Both the position numbers and the translations under genes were made by a program. Of a DNA stretch of 41,809 nucleotides, positions 36,042-41,809 are shown one piece after another; the first letter of the stretch is position 1, and every line of letters starts with the position of its first letter. The stretch is from the NCBI GenBank assembly GCA_018664975.1, contig JABIXH010000253.1, forward strand, positions 1-41,809. The letters run 5' to 3'. Origin of the DNA: Nitrospina sp. (GTDB taxonomy: Bacteria > Nitrospinota > Nitrospinia > Nitrospinales > VA-1). The notes beneath the pieces are model-generated. The model saw nothing but the letters and a program-made list of their open reading frames with translations, ran no database searches and was not told where the DNA came from.

Positions 36042-37201
36042 GCTTGCCCTTTTTCAGGATAAGAACCCAGCACCCGCAAAAACAGAGCTTGCTTGCCCAA
36101 GGTTTTTAAAACGCGCTCAACCGACTTATCTTCAATGTGCCCCATAAAATCGACGTAGAACAAATATTCCCAAGGCCGGTTGCGTAGAGGACGAGACTGT
36201 ATTTTCGATAAATTTATTTTATTCCTGGCAAATAACTGTAATGTTTTGAGCAAAGATCCGGCTTCATCGGCAATTGAAAACATGACCGATGTTTTGTTCC
36301 GTTTGGCTTTTTTAGCCCGGTCTTTTGAAATGATAAGAAATCGGGTATGGTTTTCAGCCCGGTCCTGAATATTTTTTTCGACTATTTTTAAGCCATACAC
36401 CTCCGCCGCAAGTTCTCCGGCGATAGCGGCGGCATTCTTATTTTGCTTTGCTAACTCCGCCGCCTGGGCCGTGCTTGAAGCGGGAACTTGTTCAACACCT
36501 GGCAGGTTGCGGTTCAACCAGTTTCTGCATTGTGCCAAAGGCTGGGGATGCGAATAGATTTTCTGAATCTTTTTCCGGTCCGATGCGTTGGATAAAAGGA
36601 ATAGACCAATAGGAAGCCGTGTCTCATTGCAAATATGAAGAGGGGAGTCGACAAAGCAATCCAGAGTTAGATTGATAACCCCTTCAATGGAATTTTCTAC
36701 CGGCACGACTCCATAGTCGGAGTTGCCCAGTTCGACTTCTGAAAAAACGGCTTCAATATTTCCACAAGGATTGAACGTGCAGGAATGTCCAAAATGCCGC
36801 ACCGCCGCCTGGTGGCTGAACGTGGTCTTCGGCCCGAGAAAAGCAATCTTCAAAGGCTTTTCCAAAGCTAAAGTGGCCGAAAACAGCTCACGAAAAATGA
36901 ATTCAATAGAAGGATCGGGAAAAGGGCCATTGTTTTGGTCCTTCAGCCTCTCAAGGATAGCCCGCTCACGATGAGGGACATGAAAGTGCTTTATCTTCCC
37001 CTGACGGGACTTTTCATCGCCGATTTTCTGAGCCAATAGGCCACGACGACTGATCAGCTTTAACAGCTGATCATCAATTTTGTCAATCTGCTGGCGCAGA
37101 TCATCTAACTGGGACAAAAAACAGATACCGCCTTTACTAGGATTTCCCGCAATCTCTTGATGGGATGGTTGATCATTCCATAATTCCCCCCTAAAATGCA
37201 A
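36038..37201 (-). CDS. pheA: Bifunctional chorismate mutase / prephenate dehydratase (P-protein)
   Basis: CM domain (LDDLRQQIDKIDDQLLKLISRR), PDT domain (IAFLGPKTTFSHQAA; VPVENSIEG) and a C-terminal ACT domain. The track start is TTG with no in-frame ATG before the CM domain. The true start is uncertain; one alternative is TTG at 37117. Confidence 0.8.
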   Translation of the reverse strand: MHFRGELWNDQPSHQEIAGNPSKGGICFLSQLDDLRQQIDKIDDQLLKLISRRGLLAQKIGDEKSRQGKIKHFHVPHRERAILERLKDQNNGPFPDPSIEFIFRELFSATLALEKPLKIAFLGPKTTFSHQAAVRHFGHSCTFNPCGNIEAVFSEVELGNSDYGVVPVENSIEGVINLTLDCFVDSPLHICNETRLPIGLFLLSNASDRKKIQKIYSHPQPLAQCRNWLNRNLPGVEQVPASSTAQAAELAKQNKNAAAIAGELAAEVYGLKIVEKNIQDRAENHTRFLIISKDRAKKAKRNKTSVMFSIADEAGSLLKTLQLFARNKINLSKIQSRPLRNRPWEYLFYVDFMGHIEDKSVERVLKTLGKQALFLRVLGSYPEKGQA

Positions 37202-37259
37202 GCAATAATTATTAGCGCATCGCTAATATTTCAATATTTTACGTTTGAGGTTATGAATC

Positions 37260-37568
37260 ATGATATTGCTTGAGTTCAGCATGAGCCCCATGGATAAAGG
37301 GGAAAGCGTCAGTGAACAAGTCAGCCGTTCTCTTAAAATTATTGACGAAAGCGGTTTGCCCTACCGGCTCAATCCGATGGGAACTGTGCTGGAAGGTGAA
37401 TTTGATGAAGTGATGGGAGTGGTCAAACAATGTTACGAAACCATGAGGACGGATTGCAAGCGCATCACCTGCGGCATTAAGATTGATTACCGCGAAGGCA
37501 AATCAGGCCGACTGGACTCCAAAATGGCCTCGATTGAAAACAAACTGGGAAAAGAAATGAAGAAGTAG
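37260..37568 (+). CDS. MTH1187/YkoF-family (UPF0045) small protein
   Basis: LLEFSMSPMDKGESVSEQVSRSL...LPYRLNPMGTVLEGEFDEVM matches the family pattern, about 100 aa. Confidence 0.7.
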   Translation: MILLEFSMSPMDKGESVSEQVSRSLKIIDESGLPYRLNPMGTVLEGEFDEVMGVVKQCYETMRTDCKRITCGIKIDYREGKSGRLDSKMASIENKLGKEMKK

Positions 37569-37649
37569 AAACCTTTTTTTACCACCGATGTACCCGTGCC
37601 GGGCATGAATCAAAGGGTGAATATCACAAACACAGATAAACAGAGATAA

Positions 37650-37672
37650 AAATTCCCCCCTGAGAAGGGGGG
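37650..37672 (-). terminator. Rho-independent terminator after the cytochrome c gene
   Basis: CCCCCC (37655-37660) and GGGGGG (37667-37672) form a stem with a 6-nt loop. On the - strand this is followed by AATTTTTAT. Confidence 0.5.
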
Positions 37673-37714
37673 CTAGGGGGGTTGCTTTTGCCCGTCATTG
37701 CTGTTTATCGGTCG

Positions 37715-38104
37715 TTACAATTGCATTAGTTTTTGCCGGATGTAAATCACGACCGCCTGGATTTCTTCCTGCGTGAGGTTCGATTCCCAAGGCATCATGG
37801 CGGTGCCTTTCCTGCCTTTTGTGACAGAGTGGATCATCCGCTTTTCTGTCAGTTCCTTTTTTGATTTTTCTGCGGTGAAGTTTTTTGGGGGAGGATTTAG
37901 CACGTTGGCGGCGAAGGTTTTGCCATCGCCTTTATCACCGTGGCAGGCTTTGCAATGTTTGTAGAAAATATCGCGTCCGGTTTCGAGGTCGACCGAGAGA
38001 GCCATAACTTGTGATACGCAAAACAGGATCAATAAGAGACATGAAAAGAAAATGAAGTTCCAATTTAAGCGCAAAGAAATTTTCAACCTATCTAACCTTT
38101 TCAA
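37715..38104 (-). CDS. Class I c-type cytochrome (monohaem, secreted)
   Basis: Signal/TM segment, haem motif CKACHG, distal Met in GTAMMPW. The start is TTG, so the exact start is uncertain. Confidence 0.8.
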   Translation of the reverse strand: MKRLDRLKISLRLNWNFIFFSCLLLILFCVSQVMALSVDLETGRDIFYKHCKACHGDKGDGKTFAANVLNPPPKNFTAEKSKKELTEKRMIHSVTKGRKGTAMMPWESNLTQEEIQAVVIYIRQKLMQL

Positions 38105-38211
38105 TCAGTGCAGTTCCTTTTGATATCTCTTCATCAGCCGTTAACTCCGGCAGAACAATATGCCGGGTAAATTGTTCTCAGCGGTTTAGCACTCACGCCT
38201 GGAAAGATAAT

Positions 38212-40917
38212 TTATTTTTCCCCCGTATTCAATTTTTCAACGATTTCACATATTCTATCCATATCATATAAGCTCAGCAACTTTCCCATTTCAACCGCAA
38301 GTCGATTGCAACCTTCATCCATGCCTTCGAGTTGATTTATCAGCCTCTCTATTTCTGTAATATTATAGAGTTCTGCCGCAACTTTTATTTGATCTGACAA
38401 GTCCTGCGGCAAGGAAATATTAGAATAGTCAAGCTCTTCTGAGCTTGAGGGTAACACCTCTTGTTCATCTTCATATTCGAATTTGACATCCAAAAGCTCG
38501 TCAAGGCAATTTAAGATTTGTTCAGTGCGAAAAGGTTTTGAAATAAAATCGTGTGCCCCCATTTCAATATAGCTTTCCCTGCTCTGGTCAAGTGCCGAAG
38601 CCGTGATTACCACAATTTTGAATCGGTCACCCCCAAATTCTTCGCAGATTTTTTGTATCGCTTCTTTTCCATCCATAACTGGCATTCGAATATCCATGAA
38701 AATGATATCTGGAAGATACTCGCGAACCTTTTCCAAACCATCCTGGCCATTCACCGCCCCAATGACTTCAACTTTCAAACTCGATAAGAATTTCGACAGC
38801 ACCTCACGATTTTCCTGAATATCGTCTATAACCAGTGCTTTTACATGGCTTCCTTCAGACAGATGAAGGATATTCTTCACGCGCGCAATGCGCGTTGGAA
38901 TATCACCGGTTGCCTGAGGTAGAGTCAGAGTGAAATAAAAACGGGAACCTTTACCTAATTCGGAGTCGATACTCAACTCCGTTCCCATTAATTCCAGCTG
39001 TTTGCTGGAAATTGCCAGCCCCAAACCGGTTCCGCCCATCTTCGCACCAGACTCTTCCTGGTGAAATGGCTCCAGGATATGTTGCTGATCCTTGGTTGCA
39101 ATACCTCTTCCTGAATCTATAACTTCGAACAAAATTTGACCCCCTTCCATGGGAGTTGTATAAAACAGGACCTCGCCTTCCTCGGTGAATTTTACCGCGT
39201 TGCCGATCAGGTTGATTAATATTGCCCTCAACTTGAGTTCATCTCCAAAAACATTTCGGGGTCCGCTCAACCCTTTAACTTTCCAATTCAATCCCTTTTG
39301 TTGGCAACGGAGTTGGAACATTTGGGAAATTCCTGTCGTGAGTTCCTTGAGGTCAAAGTTGACCGGGTGCAATTCCATTTTTCCCGCTTCAATTTTTGAA
39401 ATATCCAGAATTTCATTGATCATCTCAAGGAGGTTTTTTCCACTTGTATCAATAGTCTGAATTGCCTGACGTTGATCTGAGTCCAGATCTTTACCTCGTA
39501 ACAAGATTTGAGCATAACCGAGGATAGCATTCATGGGGGTTCGAATTTCATGACTCATATTAGCCAGAAAGGTAGACTTGGCCCGATTGGCGGTCTCTGC
39601 TTGTTCCCTGGCAATGTCAGCTAATTGTTTTGCTTCCAGAAGACTTTTCTCCGATGCTTTTCGCTCACTGATATCACGGATGCTTCCCACATAAAATTTG
39701 TGTTCCCCTAATATCATTTCGTTGACCCCCAGTTCCATCGGGAATGTAGTCCCATCTTTGTGACGTGCCTCCAGTTCTCGTACCATTTCGATAATATTTT
39801 TTTTACCGGTACGAAAGTATTGCAGGAGATATCCATCATGCTCTGAATGATAGGGTTCCGGCATCAGCATTTTTACATTTCGGCCTATCACTTCCTCTGA
39901 AGAATAACCAAACAGTTTTTCAGAATACCGATTAAAAACGCTCACTGTCCCTTCCTGATCAATAACAACAATTCCTTCCTGGGCGCTTTCAATGATGGTG
40001 CGGGTCTGTTTCTCCGAGATCTGCCGATTTTTATAGGTATCAATATATTCCAAAGTCAATCCGATGAATGGGATCAAATAGGCAATGATTTTAAGGAAAT
40101 GGGCAATATTAAAATGGTTGTCAAATAAAGAAGAGGAACCAAAAGCCATATGGACCTGAGTGGCAATATGAGGAATCATACTGATCAAGATAGAGTAAGA
40201 AATATAATTTCTGCTCTTGTTGTAAAATTTTGGAATTAGAAAAATCCCTGCAAACAAATAAAGTCCTAAAGGCCCCACATCCCAGGGGCGTGTCAGTATT
40301 GCCTCGGGAAACATGGTTTGCGGAAGCTGAGAACTGGTCGCGCAAATATGGATGATTGCGTAAGCCAACAAGCCAAAGACCATACTTACCGAAATTACAA
40401 ACAGGAAATTCCCCCGGCGTTCCTTATAGTTTCCAAAGAGCAAAAGGCTGATGCCGCCAATTAGAATCAACGCATTGAATAATCGACAAATCGCCCAGGT
40501 GAAGGGGACAAGATTGCGGGTGTCGGCAACGGATTGAATCAATCGATCTGCGGCCAAAGTATGAAACGCATCCATACAACCGGCGCAGAATAATGCCACA
40601 CCCAGAATAGGGGTTCCCACATCGCGCTTGATGGCAAAGTGGGCGAAGGAAAGAATGACCGTAAAGAAAGCGGCGCTGAAAGCGCTCCATTCCAGAATAG
40701 TATGGATAAAGGCGCCTGACAGGGTTCGAAACATACCATCAATAAGCTCAGAGGGACTCATCCCAGCTGAGGCCTCGCCTAGAAACGGAATCTTGGTGGT
40801 GGCGAAATCATATCCCATCAAATTGAGAACAAATGGCCCGATAGATATTGCCACCGTAACGAACAGAAGGGATAATGGTTGCTGAAATGCGGATTCCTTT
40901 TTTTGAGCTATTTCCAT
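38212..40917 (-). CDS. Hybrid sensor histidine kinase / response regulator with multi-TM N-terminal sensor domain
   Basis: About 290 aa of repeated TM helices, then PAS ([24 protein letters not shown]) and H-box [17 protein letters not shown]. ATPase boxes are GNAVKFT and [10 protein letters not shown]; the receiver has [14 protein letters not shown]. The C-terminal helical tail of about 100 aa has no HPt His motif. Confidence 0.85.
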   Translation of the reverse strand: MEIAQKKESAFQQPLSLLFVTVAISIGPFVLNLMGYDFATTKIPFLGEASAGMSPSELIDGMFRTLSGAFIHTILEWSAFSAAFFTVILSFAHFAIKRDVGTPILGVALFCAGCMDAFHTLAADRLIQSVADTRNLVPFTWAICRLFNALILIGGISLLLFGNYKERRGNFLFVISVSMVFGLLAYAIIHICATSSQLPQTMFPEAILTRPWDVGPLGLYLFAGIFLIPKFYNKSRNYISYSILISMIPHIATQVHMAFGSSSLFDNHFNIAHFLKIIAYLIPFIGLTLEYIDTYKNRQISEKQTRTIIESAQEGIVVIDQEGTVSVFNRYSEKLFGYSSEEVIGRNVKMLMPEPYHSEHDGYLLQYFRTGKKNIIEMVRELEARHKDGTTFPMELGVNEMILGEHKFYVGSIRDISERKASEKSLLEAKQLADIAREQAETANRAKSTFLANMSHEIRTPMNAILGYAQILLRGKDLDSDQRQAIQTIDTSGKNLLEMINEILDISKIEAGKMELHPVNFDLKELTTGISQMFQLRCQQKGLNWKVKGLSGPRNVFGDELKLRAILINLIGNAVKFTEEGEVLFYTTPMEGGQILFEVIDSGRGIATKDQQHILEPFHQEESGAKMGGTGLGLAISSKQLELMGTELSIDSELGKGSRFYFTLTLPQATGDIPTRIARVKNILHLSEGSHVKALVIDDIQENREVLSKFLSSLKVEVIGAVNGQDGLEKVREYLPDIIFMDIRMPVMDGKEAIQKICEEFGGDRFKIVVITASALDQSRESYIEMGAHDFISKPFRTEQILNCLDELLDVKFEYEDEQEVLPSSSEELDYSNISLPQDLSDQIKVAAELYNITEIERLINQLEGMDEGCNRLAVEMGKLLSLYDMDRICEIVEKLNTGEK

Positions 40918-41324
40918 ATTTTTTTGTTTATTCTAAATTAAATCCAAAAGTTCCCCATTAATCAACACTTCGGTCACTCCAGTTCAAACTCCCAATTCAG
41001 TGAATTCTGTAATTCAAATTCCCACTGGGACAATAATCTTTCCAAATATACCGCTTTTTGAAACACATGCGAGGGGAACTTCCGGTCGGGAAAGGGTATT
41101 TTTCGAAAAGCCTCTTCATAATTTCCTGAATAAAAATTTTTCTCCAAGTGTTTAATTTCTGACAACAATAAAGAAACCAGGTCATAAACGTCGCCAGGTG
41201 AAACGGGAAGCTGTTCATCCTCATAAGGGCATCTCTAAAAATAGGATAAAAAGTTGAAGGATGAATTAAAATAGGGAAGTGGTTAGTATTTTTTATTTTC
41301 CCTTCGTCCTAAAAGGAATTCTCC

Positions 41325-41809
41325 ATGAGCCAGCCCGGATTTTTTGACCTCGATAACCGTTATGAATCTATCAGTAAGCTGGGTGATCCGCTGGAAGTTC
41401 TGGATCAGGCGATTCCGTGGGAAACATTTCGTCCTGTGCTGAGTAAAGCCCTGCGTAAATTCAAAAAAAGCAACGCTGGTTGTAAACCCTACGACAGTGT
41501 TTTCATGTTCAAGGTCCTTGTATTGCAAAGCCTCAATAATTTAAGCGATGATAAAACAGAATTTATGATCAAAGATCGTTTATCGTTCATGCGTTTTCTG
41601 GGTCTTGATTTCGAAGACAAGGTGCCAGATGCGAAAACCTTATGGTTGTTCCGAGATACACTCACAAACAAAAATGCGATCGATAAACTGTTCCGCAGGT
41701 TCAATCGTTATCTTGACCGTGCAGGTTTGTTTGCGCGTCAGGGCCAGCTCATTGATGCCAGTATTGTTCCTGCCCCTGTACAGCGCAACACTCGCGAAGA
41801 AAACACCAA
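41325..41809 (+). mobile_element. IS5-family transposase gene, N-terminal 161 codons (runs off the window; not in the ORF track)
   Basis: Manual translation: MSQPGFFDLDNRYESISKLGDPLEVLDQAIPWETFRPVL...GCKPYDSVFMFKVLVLQSLNNLSDDKTEFMIKDRLSFMRFLGL...PDAKTLWLFRDTL...GQLIDASIVPAPVQRNTREEN. This is the InsH-type N-terminal domain pattern of IS5-family transposases. SD AAGGA lies 7 nt upstream of the ATG. Confidence 0.8.

Noticed and set aside
40981-41035. GTTCAAACTCC and ATTCAAATTCC strings resembling tRNA T-loops.
   Set aside because: The flanking bases do not form T-arm stems, and no acceptor or anticodon arms can be drawn. It is a short direct repeat (TTCAAA(C/T)TCCCA), not a tRNA.
40974-41224. 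Two overlapping - strand ORFs (64 aa with a TTG start; 75 aa with an ATG start) between the hybrid kinase and the IS element.
   Set aside because: They are mutually exclusive frames, neither has an SD, the composition is odd (a WEFEL repeat arising from a DNA direct repeat) and no family resemblance is visible. This is probably non-coding or degraded sequence next to the IS.
41283-41704. Two - strand ORFs (81 and 71 aa) from the track.
   Set aside because: They are antisense to the IS5-family transposase reading frame, which has strong family-specific motifs.
1-41809. I looked for CRISPR arrays, rRNA or tRNA genes, and long direct or inverted repeats.
   Set aside because: No regularly spaced repeats and no rRNA-like or cloverleaf-forming segments were seen by eye. 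A computational scan (tRNAscan, Infernal, a CRISPR finder) would be needed to exclude small RNAs.

Overview
This window appears to come from a moderately AT-rich diderm, non-actinobacterial bacterium, judged from a beta-barrel porin ending in Phe plus SppA and IHF. There are five blocks.

(1) 3-7660, + strand: a tightly packed Pup-like proteasome operon. It reads Mpa/ARC ATPase (5'-truncated by the window edge), Dop-like deamidase, 20S alpha, an unlisted 58-aa ORF, 20S beta, PafA-like ligase, then HIT and NadA. The 58-aa ORF (3814-3990) falls below the ORF-track cutoff. It ends in ...KYKQRTGQ and looks like a UBact-type (Pup-analogous) protein modifier. This is the main find.

(2) 7.8-13.7 kb: small signalling genes (EF-hand, cNMP-binding/PAS, CBS), an rpoH-like sigma factor with fumC, a Cys-less YHS-like protein, and a secreted protein followed by a decayed partial copy of its own C-terminus.

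(3) 13.7-25.4 kb, - strand: a complete Pho regulon island: GDPD-like, phoU, pstB, long pstA, very long pstC, pstS, porin, phoR, phoB. 11-bp-phased TTAGGA repeats sit exactly 11 nt from -10-like hexamers in front of pstS and the porin, with a weaker version before phoB. These are candidate Pho boxes.

(4) 25.4-41 kb: a DUF1566 protein flanked by two unusually long non-coding gaps, a PAS/GAF histidine kinase, a CN-hydrolase, an aroC...ihfB-sppA-rpsA-cmk-tyrA-pheA housekeeping block, an MTH1187-family protein, cytochrome c and a multi-TM hybrid kinase.

(5) 41325-41809: the 5' part of an IS5-family transposase running off the window, also missing from the ORF track.

I saw no rRNA, tRNA or CRISPR array. 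All calls rest on reading the translations and the DNA by eye; no searches were run.
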